Positions 10,636 to 22,140 are shown, counted from the first letter of the stretch. The stretch: 64,000 nucleotides of DNA from Candidatus Eiseniibacteriota bacterium (GCA_041946735.1 JBHGAY010000012.1:32001-96000); one strand, 5' to 3'. Made by a program: numbers and translations. Notes: generated by a model from the letters alone, not told the origin.

Positions 10636-11772
10636 TCACGCGAGGGACTTCTCCTCGGATTGCGACTCCTGCGTCTTCGCGCCGTCCGCCTGCGGCTTCC
10701 TCATCCCCCGCGAGCCGTCGTGCCGCGTGCCGTCGTGCGCCTCTTCGTCCTTCTTCGCCAGCGGCCACCTCGCGAGTCCCGCCAGGCCGGCGATCCCGAC
10801 CGCCCCGGCGGCGATCGCCGCGACCTTCCCGCGGTGCAGATCCAGCCAGAGCTGCGCGCTCGTGTCGCTCGCGCGCGCGTCGAAGTCGCCATGGGCCCCA
10901 TGGTCCCCCGGCACCGGCGCCCAGAGGTTGTAGGGGCGCTCGGGATCTTCCGCCCCATCGTGCATTTGCGCCTCGTAGCCCATCTCCGCGAGCTTGCGGT
11001 CCGCGTAGCCGGGAGCGACACGGTTGCCGAAGACCGCCTTCACCGTCGGCCATCCCACCAGGATCTCGCGGCGCGTGCCACGGGCCGCGTAGTGGATCGC
11101 CCGCGCGGCGACCTCCGGCTGGAAGATCGGCGGGACCGGCTGGGCCTTGCGGGGCAGCCGGCTCTTGACCCATCCAAACTGCGGCGTGTTGATCGCCGGC
11201 AGCTGGACCATCGTCACGCGCACGCCGCTCCGGTCGTGGAGCAGTTCGGTGCGAAGGGAATCGACGAAGCCCTGCACCGCGTGCTTCGCGGCGCAATAGG
11301 CGGACTGCAGGGGGATCCCGCGGTAGGCGAGCGCCGAGCCGACCTGGACGATCACTCCGCGATCGCGCGGCAGCATGCGGCGCAGCGCGGCGAGCGTCCC
11401 GTGCACGACCCCGAGGTAGGTCACCTCGGTGACCCGGCGGTACTCCTCCGGACGCATCTCCTTCACCGGCGAGAAGACGGAGGTCATCGCGTTGTTGATC
11501 CAGACGTCGATCGGCCCGAGCCGCCGCTCGATCTCCGCGGCCGCCGCCTCGACCCGGCCCGCGTCGGCGACGTCGACCGGGATCGCGAGCGCCGTGCCCC
11601 GGCGCTGCTCGATATCGCGGGCCGCCGCCTCCAGCCCGTCCATCCCGCGCGCGAGGACGGCGACCTTGTCGCCGTCGCTCGCGAAGCGCTGCGCCGTCGC
11701 CCGCCCGACCCCCGCCGACCCGCCGGTGATGACGATGACCCTGGGCTTCTTCGGTTGGACTGCTCGCGCCAC
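10636..11772 (-). CDS. SDR family oxidoreductase
   Basis: TGGSAGVG, INNA, YCAAK (YxxxK). Confidence 0.9.
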   Translation of the reverse strand: MARAVQPKKPRVIVITGGSAGVGRATAQRFASDGDKVAVLARGMDGLEAAARDIEQRRGTALAIPVDVADAGRVEAAAAEIERRLGPIDVWINNAMTSVFSPVKEMRPEEYRRVTEVTYLGVVHGTLAALRRMLPRDRGVIVQVGSALAYRGIPLQSAYCAAKHAVQGFVDSLRTELLHDRSGVRVTMVQLPAINTPQFGWVKSRLPRKAQPVPPIFQPEVAARAIHYAARGTRREILVGWPTVKAVFGNRVAPGYADRKLAEMGYEAQMHDGAEDPERPYNLWAPVPGDHGAHGDFDARASDTSAQLWLDLHRGKVAAIAAGAVGIAGLAGLARWPLAKKDEEAHDGTRHDGSRGMRKPQADGAKTQESQSEEKSLA

Positions 11773-11828
11773 GCTTCGCCTCCTTTCGGGGGGGGATTCG
11801 CTCCGGTCTTTCGCTTGGGCGTCCCGAA

Positions 11829-11920
11829 CTGACCCGGCCCGCCTGATCCCGCCGGCCTGATCTCACCGGCCTGACCCTGGCCTAGCGTGACCTGACGTGG
11901 CCTGACCTTGACCCTGACCG
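11829..11920. repeat. Degenerate CCTGA(C/T) short repeats upstream of the SDR gene
   Basis: About eight (C)TGAC/CTGAT units at roughly 6-13 nt spacing. Confidence 0.5.
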
Positions 11921-12091
11921 TAGCAGCCGGCGTTGCCCCGCGAGCGGGCGAAGGCGGACCGGCCGGCGTCCACGCGATGCTCGCCATCCCCGCCAAGCGC
12001 GCGTTCGCGGGAAACGGGCGTCCGATGGATCGGTTCGCGAGGCGTGTGGCAGACTGCGGGAAACGCGGCGCTCTCGTCCGCCACGGCTTCC

Positions 12092-12198
12092 ATCGAGTTC
12101 GACTCGAGTCCGACGGAGTCCGACGGAGTTCGACGGAGTTCGATTCGAGTTCGATTCGAAGCTCGACTCGAAGCTCGACGCGAGATCGATCTCGATTC
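12092..12198. repeat. Degenerate ~10-11 nt tandem repeat (GAGTTCGACG/GAGTTCGATTC)
   Basis: gagtccgacg x2, gagttcgacg, gagttcgattc x2, gaagctcgac x2. Confidence 0.7.
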
Positions 12199-12281
12199 CG
12201 TTCCCGTGAGTTGGTTCCCGTTGCGGCCCCGATTCCGCCCGTAGAGAAGCGAGTGAACAGAAAAGCGAGAAGGAGGCGACG

Positions 12282-12800
12282 ATGGGTACGAAGCGACCGA
12301 CGACCGATCCGAAGTTGCAGAACGCAGGAACGCCGATCCCCGGGAGCCGGCTCGTCCGCGCCGCGCGCCCGCTGCTGCCCGCGCTTGCCGCGCTGCTCCT
12401 GTGGCTCCCCGGCTGTGGCGGCGGAGGGGGCGGAGGCAACGACCAGGCGGCGGGCGGCCAGACCGGCGGAGCGACGGAGCAAACGGCGCAGGACACGACC
12501 GGGACGCAGCCGGCGAACGCGGCGCCCACCGTCGAGGCGACGCTGACGGAGTTCACGATCCAGATGCCCGATACCGTTCGCGCGGGGAGCACGCGCTTCC
12601 ACGTCGTCAATGCGGGAACGATGGAGCACGGGTTCCACGTCGAGGGACAGGGGATCGACAAGGCGCTCGCCACTTCCCTCATGGCGGGCCAGATGGCGGA
12701 CCTCGATGTCGACCTCGTGCCCGGCACCTACCGCGTCTACTGCCCCGTCGGCGACCACTCCCAGCGAGGAATGACGCGGAATCTGATCGTCGTCCCGTGA
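12282..12800 (+). CDS. Cupredoxin (type-1 copper) lipoprotein
   Basis: Lipobox-like LLLWLPG-C, Gly/Thr linker, N..G.MEHGF and YCPVGDHSQRGM (His, Cys-x4-His-x4-Met). Confidence 0.8.
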   Translation: MGTKRPTTDPKLQNAGTPIPGSRLVRAARPLLPALAALLLWLPGCGGGGGGGNDQAAGGQTGGATEQTAQDTTGTQPANAAPTVEATLTEFTIQMPDTVRAGSTRFHVVNAGTMEHGFHVEGQGIDKALATSLMAGQMADLDVDLVPGTYRVYCPVGDHSQRGMTRNLIVVP

Positions 12801-12823
12801 GGCGCCCGGTCCGGCGCAGCCCG

Positions 12824-15274
12824 ATGGCTCGAACGGAGGAGAAGGAGGAGAAGGAGCAGAAAGAGGAGAAGAAGGAGAAGGGGGAGAGGGAAGAGAGGCA
12901 GGAGCGCAAGCAGCGCGTCCTCACGCACGGCACTCCGTCGATGGTTTCGAGCATCGCCGATGCCGTCGTGATCAAGCAGGAGAATCTCTTCTTCCTCACC
13001 CGGCCCGACGGGCGAGTGCCGCTGCGCTCCGACCACGGCCTGGGCCTCTACTTCGACGACTGCCGCTACCTGGACGGCTACGACTTCGAGATCGCCGGAC
13101 AGCGGGCCGTCCCGCTGGTGGCGAGCGCGGCGAACGGGAGCGAGGCCGTCTACGAGATGACGATCCCGGAGATCGGGATCGGGAAGGAGCGGATCGAGAA
13201 GAATTCGATCGGGATCCGCTGGGAACGGCGCCTCGATGCGAGCCTTCCTGCGCTCGAGGACCGGGTCGAGTTCCGCTGCCATCGTGGACGCGCCACGATC
13301 CTTCCCGTCCGGGTCACGTTCCGGGCCGGATTCCAGGACATCTTCATCGTCCGTGGCCTGCTCTCCGAACCGCGGGGCGATCTGCCCCCGATGCGATGGG
13401 AGGATGGCAAGCTCGTGCGACGCTACCGCGGCGGTGACGGGATCGAGCGCGGCGTCGCGATCTCCTTCGATCCGGCCCCGAAGCGGGAAGGATCCCACTC
13501 GGCGCGCTTCGACGTGGCGATCGGCGCTCGCCGGCGCAGCTCGATCCGGATCCGCGTGCAGCTCCTCGAGGATCCCCGGGCTTCGGGCCCCGAGCGGCGG
13601 GACGAAGCAGTGGCGGCGGCCGCCGCGGGCGGATCGCACGAAGCCGCCGGCTCGGGCAAGGCGCGAGGCGACGGCTCCTCCGAAGGCGCCGCAGACCGCT
13701 CCTCCGAAGGCGCCGGAAACGGCAAGGGTGAAGATGCGGTCGCAGCGAGCGGAACCGCGAGGAGGAGGAAAGCCGCGCCGGTCCGGAAGGCGCGGGCGAG
13801 CCCGCCACAAGGGATCCCGGATGTCTCCGTCCGGATCGAATCGGACAGCCTCCTGCTCGCTCAGGTGATGCAACGATCGATGCGAGACCTGCGCGTCCTC
13901 CGCAGCCGCATCGGGGGAGAAGAGTTCATCGCGGCGGGGGTGCCCTGGTTCGCGACGCTCTTCGGGCGCGACAGCCTGATCACCGCGCTGCAGATCCTCG
14001 CCTACGAGCCGGAGATCGCCGAGCAGACGCTCCGCGTGCTCGCCTCCTACCAGGGATCGAAGCACGACGAGTGGACCGACGAGCAGCCGGGGAAGATCCT
14101 CCACGAGCTGCGCATCGGCGAGCTCGCCCGCATGGGGAAGGTGCCTTACCGGCCCTACTACGGGACGGTCGACGCCACGCCGCTCTTCCTGATCCTCCTC
14201 GCTTCCCACGCGGACTGGACGGGCGACCTCTCCCTCTTCCGCGACCTGCGCGAGAACGTCGATCGCGCCATCGCCTGGATCGACGGGCCCGGGGACGAGA
14301 ACGGCGACGGCTATCTCGAGTACGAGAGCCGGAGCAAGGAAGGGCTCGTCAACCAGGGATGGAAGGACTCCGGGGACGCGATCGTCGACGCCCGCGGCCG
14401 CCTCGCGCGCCCGCCGATCTCCCTCGTCGAGGTGCAGGGCTACGTCTACCTCGCGCGCACCGCGATCGCCTCGCTGTTCGAGCGGTCGGGCGAGAAGCGC
14501 CGGGCGGAGGATCTGCGCCGGAAGGCGGAGGATCTGCGGCGTCGCTTCGACCGCGACTTCTGGGTGGAGGAGAAGGGAATCTATGCGATGGCGCTCGAGA
14601 AGGGCTCCGCCCCGCTGGCGGTCGTTTCGTCGAATCCGGGCCACGCGCTCTGGACGGGGATCGCCGATCCCGCAAAGGCGCTCCGGACGATCGACCGTCT
14701 GATGCAGCCCGACCTGTACAGCGGCTTCGGCGTCCGGACCCTGTCGACCGAGGAGACGGCGTACAACCCGATCGGCTACCACCTGGGGACTGTCTGGCCG
14801 CACGACAACTCGATCCTTGCCGCCGGCTTCTGCCGCTACGGAAGGAGGGAGCAAGCGGTCGAGATCCTGTCCGGCTTGCTCCGCGCGGCGATGCACTTCC
14901 CGCACTACGAGCTTCCCGAGCTCTTCGCCGGCTTCTCGAGCCAGGAGTTCCAGGTGCCGGTGCACTATCCGGTCGCGTGCCATCCGCAGGCATGGGCGTG
15001 CGGCGCCGTTCCGTACCTCCTGCAGACGACGCTGGGGCTCCAGCCGGAGGGGTTCGAGCGCAGGCTTCGAGTCGTGCGGCCGATGCTGCCGTCCTTCGTC
15101 GACCGGCTCGTCGTTCGCGGCGTGCGGGTCGCCGGAGCGTCGGTCGATCTGCGCTTCACGAGGATCGGCGGGGGAGAAGCCGCGGGTGGGGAGGGAGGAG
15201 CCGAGGGCGCCTCGAGAGCGGCGGTCGAGACGCTCCGTGTCGACGGGGACGTGGAGGTCTTGCACGAAGCCTGA
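12824..15274 (+). CDS. Amylo-alpha-1,6-glucosidase / glycogen debranching enzyme family
   Basis: AAGVPWFATLFGRDSL, EQPGKILHELR, YYGTVDATPLF, NQGWKDSGD, YHLGTVWPHDNS, ACHPQAW. Confidence 0.9.
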   Translation: MARTEEKEEKEQKEEKKEKGEREERQERKQRVLTHGTPSMVSSIADAVVIKQENLFFLTRPDGRVPLRSDHGLGLYFDDCRYLDGYDFEIAGQRAVPLVASAANGSEAVYEMTIPEIGIGKERIEKNSIGIRWERRLDASLPALEDRVEFRCHRGRATILPVRVTFRAGFQDIFIVRGLLSEPRGDLPPMRWEDGKLVRRYRGGDGIERGVAISFDPAPKREGSHSARFDVAIGARRRSSIRIRVQLLEDPRASGPERRDEAVAAAAAGGSHEAAGSGKARGDGSSEGAADRSSEGAGNGKGEDAVAASGTARRRKAAPVRKARASPPQGIPDVSVRIESDSLLLAQVMQRSMRDLRVLRSRIGGEEFIAAGVPWFATLFGRDSLITALQILAYEPEIAEQTLRVLASYQGSKHDEWTDEQPGKILHELRIGELARMGKVPYRPYYGTVDATPLFLILLASHADWTGDLSLFRDLRENVDRAIAWIDGPGDENGDGYLEYESRSKEGLVNQGWKDSGDAIVDARGRLARPPISLVEVQGYVYLARTAIASLFERSGEKRRAEDLRRKAEDLRRRFDRDFWVEEKGIYAMALEKGSAPLAVVSSNPGHALWTGIADPAKALRTIDRLMQPDLYSGFGVRTLSTEETAYNPIGYHLGTVWPHDNSILAAGFCRYGRREQAVEILSGLLRAAMHFPHYELPELFAGFSSQEFQVPVHYPVACHPQAWACGAVPYLLQTTLGLQPEGFERRLRVVRPMLPSFVDRLVVRGVRVAGASVDLRFTRIGGGEAAGGEGGAEGASRAAVETLRVDGDVEVLHEA

Positions 15275-15322
15275 GGCCACGAAGCCTGAGGCGCTGGCCG
15301 CGATCGGCGCCGAAGAGCGCCG

Positions 15323-15724
15323 TCAGCCTGCCGGCGTGCAGATCTCCAGCAGGACCCCGCCGGTCGTGCGGGGATGGAAGAACTGGATCCTCTTGCCGTT
15401 CGCCCCCGTCGAGGGCTCCCCGATCGGTTCGCAGCCGGCCGCGATCAGCCGCGCGCGCGCCTCGTCGAGATCGTCGACCGCGAGCGCGAGGTGATGGATC
15501 CCCGCTCCCTTCTTCTCGAGGAAGCGCGCGATCACCGAGTCGGGATCCGAAGGGGCGAGCAGCTCGAGATGGCTTTCGCCGACACGCAGGTGGTAGGAGA
15601 GGACCTTCTGCGAACCGACCTCCTCGATCTGCTCGAGCGCCAGCCCGAGCACGTCCCGGTAGACCCGGAGCGCCGCCTCCAGGTCCGAGACGGCGATTCC
15701 GATGTGGTCGACCTTGCCGATCAT
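15323..15724 (-). CDS. mce: Methylmalonyl-CoA epimerase
   Basis: VDHIGIAV, LELLAP, GIHHLALAV, FFHPRTTGGVLLE; adjacent to the mutase. Confidence 0.93.
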   Translation of the reverse strand: MIGKVDHIGIAVSDLEAALRVYRDVLGLALEQIEEVGSQKVLSYHLRVGESHLELLAPSDPDSVIARFLEKKGAGIHHLALAVDDLDEARARLIAAGCEPIGEPSTGANGKRIQFFHPRTTGGVLLEICTPAG

Positions 15725-15765
15725 GCCGTTCGTCCTCCCTTCGTTGCCCATGCCGGGGGCGCTTC

Positions 15766-17358
15766 TCAGAGGATTCCCGCGTCCCGGTAGGAGCCGAAGA
15801 CCGAGCGGAGACGCCCGCAGATCTCCCCGATCGTCGCATAGGAGCGAACGCAATCGCGCAGGGCCGGCATCAGGCTTTCCCGCCCGCGCGCCGCAGTCTC
15901 GAGCCGCCCGAGCGATCGCTCCACGCGCGCCTCTTCCCGGCGCATCCGCAGGGCGGCGAGCCGCTCGGCCGCCCGCCGCTCCACCTCCGGATCGACACGG
16001 AACTGCTTCGGTCGCGCCTCCTCGCCGGTCACGTAGCGGTTGATCCCCACGACCCCGATCTCGTTCCGTTCAACCGCCGTCTGGTAGGCGTACGCGGACG
16101 CGGCGATCGCGCGCTGGATCCATCCCTTCTCGATCGCCGCGAGAACGCCGCCCAGCGCGTCGATCTTGGCGATCTCCTCCGTCGCGGCCTTCTCGATCCG
16201 GTTCGTCAGGCTCTCGACGTACCACGATCCCCCCAGCGGATCGACGACGTCGGCCACGCCGGACTCTTCCGCGAGCAGCTGCTGCGTGCGCAGAGCGAGC
16301 CGGGCCGACTCCTCGGTCGGCAGCGCGAGGGCTTCGTCGCTCCCGTTGGTGTGGAGCGACTGCGTCCCGCCCAGGACCGCGGCGATCGCTTGCACGGCCG
16401 TCCGCACGACGTTGACCTCCACCTGCCGGGGCTGCAGCGTGCTGCCGGCCGTCTGCGCGTGGAAGCGGAGCATCGAGCTCCTCGGATCCTTCGCGCCGAA
16501 CTCCTCGCGCATGATCCGGGCCCACATGCGGCGGGCGGCGCGGAACTTCGCGACCTCCTCGAAGAGGTTGTTGTGCGCGTTCCAGAAGAACGACAGGCGA
16601 GGGGCGAAGCTGTCGACCGGCAGACCGCGCTCGATCGCGGCGACGACGTAGGCGCGCGCGTTCGCAAAGGTGAACGCCAGCTCCTGCACGGCCGTCGCCC
16701 CCGCCTCGCGAATGTGGTAGCCGCTGATCGAAATCGGATTCCATTGCGGGAGCTTCTGCGAGGCGTATTCGATCACATCGGTGGTCAAGCGGAGCGACGG
16801 ATCCGGCGGAAAGATGAACGTGCCGCGCGCCTCGTACTCCTTCAGGATGTCGTTCTGCACGGTGCCGCCAAGCTTTTCCGGAGAGACGCCCTGGCGCTCG
16901 GCGACCGCTTCGTACATCAGCAGCAGGATCGCCGCGGTCGCGTTGATCGTCATGGAGGTCGTCACGCGGTCGAGCGGGATGCCCTGCATCAGCCGCTCCA
17001 TGTCTTCGAGGGAGTTGATCGCGACGCCGACCTTGCCGACCTCTCCCGCCGCCATCGGGTCGGTCGAGTCGTAGCCCATCTGCGTCGGAAGGTCGAAGGC
17101 GACCGAGAGGCCGGTCTGGCCGTGGTCGAGCAGGTAGTGGAAGCGCCGGTTCGTCTCCTCGGCCGAGCCGAAGCCGGCGTACTGGCGCATCGTCCAGAGG
17201 CGGGAGCGGTACATCGTCGGGTGGATGCCGCGCGTGAACGGATAGCTCCCGGGATCCCCCAGGTCTCGCTCCACGTCGAAGCCGGGCAGGTCGGAAGGAC
17301 CATAGACCGCGTCGACCGCGAACGATGACGTCCGGAACTCCGGTTTCCTCTGGCTCAT
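15766..17358 (-). CDS. Methylmalonyl-CoA mutase large (substrate-binding) subunit
   Basis: [60 protein letters not shown]; no B12 domain. Confidence 0.95.
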   Translation of the reverse strand: MSQRKPEFRTSSFAVDAVYGPSDLPGFDVERDLGDPGSYPFTRGIHPTMYRSRLWTMRQYAGFGSAEETNRRFHYLLDHGQTGLSVAFDLPTQMGYDSTDPMAAGEVGKVGVAINSLEDMERLMQGIPLDRVTTSMTINATAAILLLMYEAVAERQGVSPEKLGGTVQNDILKEYEARGTFIFPPDPSLRLTTDVIEYASQKLPQWNPISISGYHIREAGATAVQELAFTFANARAYVVAAIERGLPVDSFAPRLSFFWNAHNNLFEEVAKFRAARRMWARIMREEFGAKDPRSSMLRFHAQTAGSTLQPRQVEVNVVRTAVQAIAAVLGGTQSLHTNGSDEALALPTEESARLALRTQQLLAEESGVADVVDPLGGSWYVESLTNRIEKAATEEIAKIDALGGVLAAIEKGWIQRAIAASAYAYQTAVERNEIGVVGINRYVTGEEARPKQFRVDPEVERRAAERLAALRMRREEARVERSLGRLETAARGRESLMPALRDCVRSYATIGEICGRLRSVFGSYRDAGIL

Positions 17359-17945
17359 CGTGGTTCCTCTGTCCCTTCTCGTCCGATCCGTTCGAGGACG
17401 AGGAGGAGCGTCTCCCCCTCGACCGTCTCCCCTTCCCGGACCTTGATCTCGCGCACGCGCGCCCGCGCCGGGCTCGTGAGCGCGTTCTGCATTTTCATCG
17501 CCTCGAGGATCACCAGCGGTGCCTCCTCCTCGACGGTCTCCCCCTCGCGCGCCTGCACGGCGAGGACCAGGCCGTGCATCGGCGCGCGCAGCTCGATTTC
17601 GAGATCCTCCCCGATGCCGGCGCCGGCGCGCTCGGACCCCGTGCCTTCCCTCCGCCGGCCGCCCGAAGCGCGCGCCATCGCCGGGTCGAGGATCTCGACG
17701 GTCACCTCGCCGCCGCCGAGCATCACGCGATAGCGGCCGTCCCCTTCCTCGCCGACGTTGACGACCAGCGGGCGCCCATTGAGGAGCAGGCAGCTCTCCG
17801 CCGCGTCCGATTCCTCCACGCCGACGTGGAACTCCTCGCCGTCGACGCGCACCCGCAGCCCGTCGCCGTCCGGCTCGATCCGGATCGCGCGATCGCGATC
17901 GCCGGCGCGAGCGACGAACTGGCGCGGGCCCCGGGGAGCGCTCAT
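17355..17945 (-). CDS. Biotin carboxyl carrier protein
   Basis: APMHG...LEAMKMQN biotinylation motif. Confidence 0.9.
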   Translation of the reverse strand: MSAPRGPRQFVARAGDRDRAIRIEPDGDGLRVRVDGEEFHVGVEESDAAESCLLLNGRPLVVNVGEEGDGRYRVMLGGGEVTVEILDPAMARASGGRRREGTGSERAGAGIGEDLEIELRAPMHGLVLAVQAREGETVEEEAPLVILEAMKMQNALTSPARARVREIKVREGETVEGETLLLVLERIGREGTEEPR

Positions 17946-19561
17946 CGCCAACCCTTCCCGCCTGCCCCAGGCCGGCCGATCCATTTCCAGCTCGAACCCG
18001 AGGCGGGTTGCGGCTCCGTCCCTGCGGCCCCCGCGCGATCGTGCAAACGTCCCTGCCGGCGATAGGCTGCCACGGCCGCCGCCACCACGGCGGAGATCTC
18101 CTCGCGCTCCCGCGCGATCTCGTCGCGGCGGAGATGCCTCTCCAGGAAGCCGGTGTCCGTCTCGCCCGCCTGGAAGAGTGGATGGGCGAGCAGCCAGAGA
18201 TGGAACGGGATGTTCGTGCGGATCCCGGCGATCCGGTACTCATGCAGCGCGCGCAGCCCTCGCGCGATCGCTTCGGCGCGGCTCTCTCCCCAGACGATCA
18301 GCTTCCCGACCATCGGATCGTAATGCCCGGTGACCATCCCCCCCGCGCGGAAGCCGACGTCATTGCGCACGCCCGGTCCCTCCGGCAGTCGGAGAGCCAC
18401 GATCCGCCCCGACGAGGGAAGGAAGCCGCGCTCGGGATCCTCCGCGTTGATGCGGCACTCGATCGCGTGCCCGTGCATCCGGATCGCGGAGGGATCGAGA
18501 TCGAGCCGCTCGCCCATCGCGATCCGGAGCTGCCGGTGCACGATGTCGATTCCGGTCACGCGCTCGGTGACCGGGTGCTCGACCTGCAGGCGCGTGTTCA
18601 TCTCGAGGAAGTAGAAACGTCCGTCGGCGCCGACTAAGAACTCCATCGTCCCGGCGTTCGCGTAGCCGATGCGGCGAGCGAGCGCGACCGCGGCCTCTCC
18701 CATCCGCTCGCGCAGGCCGGGGAACGGCGCCGGGCTCGGCGCCTCCTCGAGCAGCTTCTGATGCCGCCGCTGGATGGAGCACTCGCGCTCCCCGAGGTGG
18801 ACGACCGAGCCGTGCTGGTCGGCGAGGATCTGGATCTCGACGTGGCGCGGGTTCTCGATCCGCTTCTCCAGATAGATCGTCGCGTCGCCGAAGGCGCGGC
18901 CCGCCTCGCGTCGCGCGAGGTCGAGCGCGGCGACGAGCTCGGCCGGGCCCGCGCAGTCGCGCATCCCCCTGCCGCCGCCCCCGAACGCCGCCTTGATCAG
19001 GACCGGGTAGCCGATCCGCTCCGCCTCGGCGCACGCGATCTCCGGATCGGCGGGGAGCTCGTCACTCCCCGGGACGATCGGCAGTCCCTCGGCCTGCGCC
19101 GCCTCGCGCGCGCGCACCTTGTCTCCCATCGCGCGCATCGCCGCCGGCGGCGGACCCACCCAGACGATCCCGGCCGCTTGCACCGCTTCGGCGAACGCGG
19201 CGTTCTCCGAGAGGAAGCCGTAGCCGGGATGGAGCAGCTCCGCGCGGGCGTGCCGGCAGGCGTCGAGAATCCGCTGCGGATCGAGGTAGCTCTCCGCCGC
19301 CGGAGCGGCACCGATCCGATGCGCCTCGTCGGCGAGCCGCACGTGAGGGGCCGAGCGGTCGGCGTCGGAGTAGACGGCGATCCCCAGGCCCCCTTCGTCC
19401 CGCACGGCGCGCAGGATCCGGCAGGCGATCTCTCCGCGGTTGGCGACCAGCACCCGCCGTCCTGCGATCGGACCGGCGGGCGGCGACCGCCGCGCGGCGC
19501 CGCCCGAGGGCGAGCCCGTGCTCGCGTCCCGTCCCGGCGGATCAGAGCGGGATGTTGCCAT
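17942..19561 (-). CDS. Acyl-CoA (propionyl-CoA) carboxylase, biotin carboxylase subunit
   Basis: [51 protein letters not shown]. Confidence 0.95.
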   Translation of the reverse strand: MATSRSDPPGRDASTGSPSGGAARRSPPAGPIAGRRVLVANRGEIACRILRAVRDEGGLGIAVYSDADRSAPHVRLADEAHRIGAAPAAESYLDPQRILDACRHARAELLHPGYGFLSENAAFAEAVQAAGIVWVGPPPAAMRAMGDKVRAREAAQAEGLPIVPGSDELPADPEIACAEAERIGYPVLIKAAFGGGGRGMRDCAGPAELVAALDLARREAGRAFGDATIYLEKRIENPRHVEIQILADQHGSVVHLGERECSIQRRHQKLLEEAPSPAPFPGLRERMGEAAVALARRIGYANAGTMEFLVGADGRFYFLEMNTRLQVEHPVTERVTGIDIVHRQLRIAMGERLDLDPSAIRMHGHAIECRINAEDPERGFLPSSGRIVALRLPEGPGVRNDVGFRAGGMVTGHYDPMVGKLIVWGESRAEAIARGLRALHEYRIAGIRTNIPFHLWLLAHPLFQAGETDTGFLERHLRRDEIAREREEISAVVAAAVAAYRRQGRLHDRAGAAGTEPQPASGSSWKWIGRPGAGGKGWR

Positions 19562-21170
19562 GCTTCTTCGGCGGGAGGGACTGCCGCTTGTTCTCCAGCG
19601 CGCGCAGCGCGGCGCAAAGCCGGGGCCGCGTCTCTCGAGGGGCGATGACGTCGTCGAGATAGCCGAGCGCGGCGGCGACGTACGGATGGGCGAACGTCGC
19701 GTTGTACTCCTCGACGAGCCGCTTCTGCTCGGCGGCCGGATCCTCCGCCTCCTGGATCTGCTTGCGGAAGACGATCTGCACCGCCCCGTCCGCTCCCATC
19801 ACGGCCAGCTCGGCGTTCGGCCACGCCACGTTGTAGTCGGCGCGGATGTGCTTGCTGCTCATGACGTCGTACGCGCCGCCGTACGCCTTCCGCAGGACGA
19901 CCGTGAGCTTCGGCACGGTCGCCTCGCAGTAGGCGAAGAGCAGCTTCGCCCCATGCTTGATGATCCCGCCCCATTCCTGCGCCGTCCCGGGAAGGAAGCC
20001 GGGAACGTCCTCGAAGGTGACGAGCGGAATGTTGAAGGCGTCGCAGAAACGGATGAACCGCGCCCCCTTGATCGAGGAGTGGATGTCGAGCACGCCGGCC
20101 AGATGTTTCGGCTGGTTCGCCACGATGCCGACCGCGCGCCCCTCCATCCGCGCGAAGCCGACGACCAGGTTCTTCGCGAACAGCTCGTGCACCTCGAGGA
20201 AGCTGCCGCGATCGACTACCCGCGTCACGATCGCCCGCACATCGTAGGGCCGGTTCGGCTCGCTCGGAATGAGCGTGTCGAGCTCCGGGTCCTCGCGCGC
20301 GGGATCGTCGTCGATCGGGCCGCGCGGCGGATCCTCCGCGTTGTTGGAAGGAAGGTAGGAGAGCAGGCGCCGGATCGTGACGATCGCCTCGCGCTCGTCC
20401 GCGGCTGCGAAATGAGCGACTCCCGACTTCGTGTTGTGCGTGAGCGCCCCTCCCAGCTCCTCGAAGCTCACCTCCTCGTTCGTCACCGCCTTGATCACGT
20501 TCGGTCCGGTGACGAACATATGGCTCGTCCCCTTGACCATGATCGTGAAGTCGGTGATCGCGGGGGAGTAGACGGCGCCGCCGGCGCAGGGGCCGAGGAT
20601 CGCGGAGATCTGCGGCACGACGCCGGAGGCGAGGGTATTGCGAAGGAAGATGTCCGCGTAGCCGCCGAGAGAGGCGACGCCCTCCTGGATCCGCGCGCCG
20701 CCGGAATCGTTCAAGCCGATCACAGGCGCCCCGGTTTCCATCGCTCGGTCCATGATGTCGCAGATCTTCCGCGCGTTCGCTTCGGAGAGGGTGCCGCCGA
20801 AGACGGTGAAGTCCTGCGCGAACACCCAGGCGGGACGCCCATCGATCCGGCAGGAGCCGCAGATCACCCCGTCGCCGGCGATCTTCCGCTTCTCCATGCC
20901 GAAGTCCTCGCAGCGATGGGTGACGAACACGCCGCGCTCCTCGAAGCTCCCCGGGTCGCACAGCGCCTCGATTCGCTCGCGCGCTGTCAGCCGTCCTTCG
21001 GCGCGCAGCCGCGCCGTCTTTTCGGCTCCGCCCCCCTCCCGCATCCGCTCCTTCCGGAGTCGCAGATCCTGAAGCCGGTCGCGAGGGGGCGGGGGCGGAG
21101 AGTTCGGCGGTGTCGGAGGCTTCGGTGGCGTCGGAGGCGTCGGAGATGTCGGGGGTGTCGCGCTCGCCAT
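19542..21170 (-). CDS. pccB: Propionyl-CoA carboxylase beta (carboxyltransferase) subunit
   Basis: [55 protein letters not shown] before ATG 21170; Pro/Thr-rich N-terminus. Confidence 0.93.
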   Translation of the reverse strand: MASATPPTSPTPPTPPKPPTPPNSPPPPPRDRLQDLRLRKERMREGGGAEKTARLRAEGRLTARERIEALCDPGSFEERGVFVTHRCEDFGMEKRKIAGDGVICGSCRIDGRPAWVFAQDFTVFGGTLSEANARKICDIMDRAMETGAPVIGLNDSGGARIQEGVASLGGYADIFLRNTLASGVVPQISAILGPCAGGAVYSPAITDFTIMVKGTSHMFVTGPNVIKAVTNEEVSFEELGGALTHNTKSGVAHFAAADEREAIVTIRRLLSYLPSNNAEDPPRGPIDDDPAREDPELDTLIPSEPNRPYDVRAIVTRVVDRGSFLEVHELFAKNLVVGFARMEGRAVGIVANQPKHLAGVLDIHSSIKGARFIRFCDAFNIPLVTFEDVPGFLPGTAQEWGGIIKHGAKLLFAYCEATVPKLTVVLRKAYGGAYDVMSSKHIRADYNVAWPNAELAVMGADGAVQIVFRKQIQEAEDPAAEQKRLVEEYNATFAHPYVAAALGYLDDVIAPRETRPRLCAALRALENKRQSLPPKKHGNIPL

Positions 21171-21535
21171 GATTCTCCTCGAGGTCCGGCCAGTCCCGCA
21201 CCCCGGATGTGCAGCTCGGCCATCGACCGGCCCGGATGCTCCGGGCCGCTTTCCGCCCGGCCCCGTCCGGGAGGCGGAGGGGGCCGATCCGGTAACCGAC
21301 GAATGTAGCAATCCGCCGCCGGGCGGGAAAGCGGCGCGCCGGGTCCGGAAGGCCGGGGGAGGGGGCCGGGGGTGTGCTGCGGATCGCCGGCGGCGCGATC
21401 GCTCGTCCCACCGCGCGTCCATGGTGCCGGCCGGCTTGAGACGGCGGAGCAGCCCGCTTACCTTGTGGCGAGCGCCGCCGATCGCGATCGACAGGCGCGA
21501 GACGAGGGATAGAGAACAGGGGATGCGGAGGAACC

Positions 21536-21949
21536 ATGCCCGCTTCGCCGGTCGATCTACAGGACGATGGAGGATGCTTCGTCTGCGGCCGCGAGAATCC
21601 GCTCGGCCTTCGCCTTTCCTGGAGCTTCGAGGAGGACCGCTCGCGCGCGCGCTTCCGTCCGTCCCCGCACCATCAGGGCTGGCGGGGGATCGTCCACGGC
21701 GGGATCCTCGCCGCGCTCCTCGATGAAGCGATGGCGCAGCGCCTGCGCTTCTCGGCGATCCGTGGGGTCACTGCCACCATGACGATTCGCTATCGCGCGC
21801 CGGTGCCGACCTCCACGGAGATCGTCGTCGAGGGATTCCTCGAGGCGGATCGTGGCCGGGCGCTCCGAACGCGGGCCGAGGCGCGAACGCCGGACGGAAA
21901 GCTCGTGGCGGACGCCGAGGGGACCTGCATCCGCAGCCGGGAGGGATGA
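21536..21949 (+). CDS. PaaI family thioesterase
   Basis: [33 protein letters not shown]. Confidence 0.88.
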   Translation: MPASPVDLQDDGGCFVCGRENPLGLRLSWSFEEDRSRARFRPSPHHQGWRGIVHGGILAALLDEAMAQRLRFSAIRGVTATMTIRYRAPVPTSTEIVVEGFLEADRGRALRTRAEARTPDGKLVADAEGTCIRSREG

Positions 21950-22140
21950 GGAGCGCCCGCCCAGCGCTTCCGGGCGCATGGTCCCGGGTCCGTCGGCTTT
22001 GTCGCACAATCTTCCCGAGCCCGCTTCCTCCCCGGCCCGCTTCCCCCCGGAGCGTTTTCCCCGCCACGCCGCCTCGCTTGCGATCCGCCGCGCCCCTCGA
22101 TTAGCCTCGCCTGTTCGTCTCTTCCCTCTGGAGGTCTACC

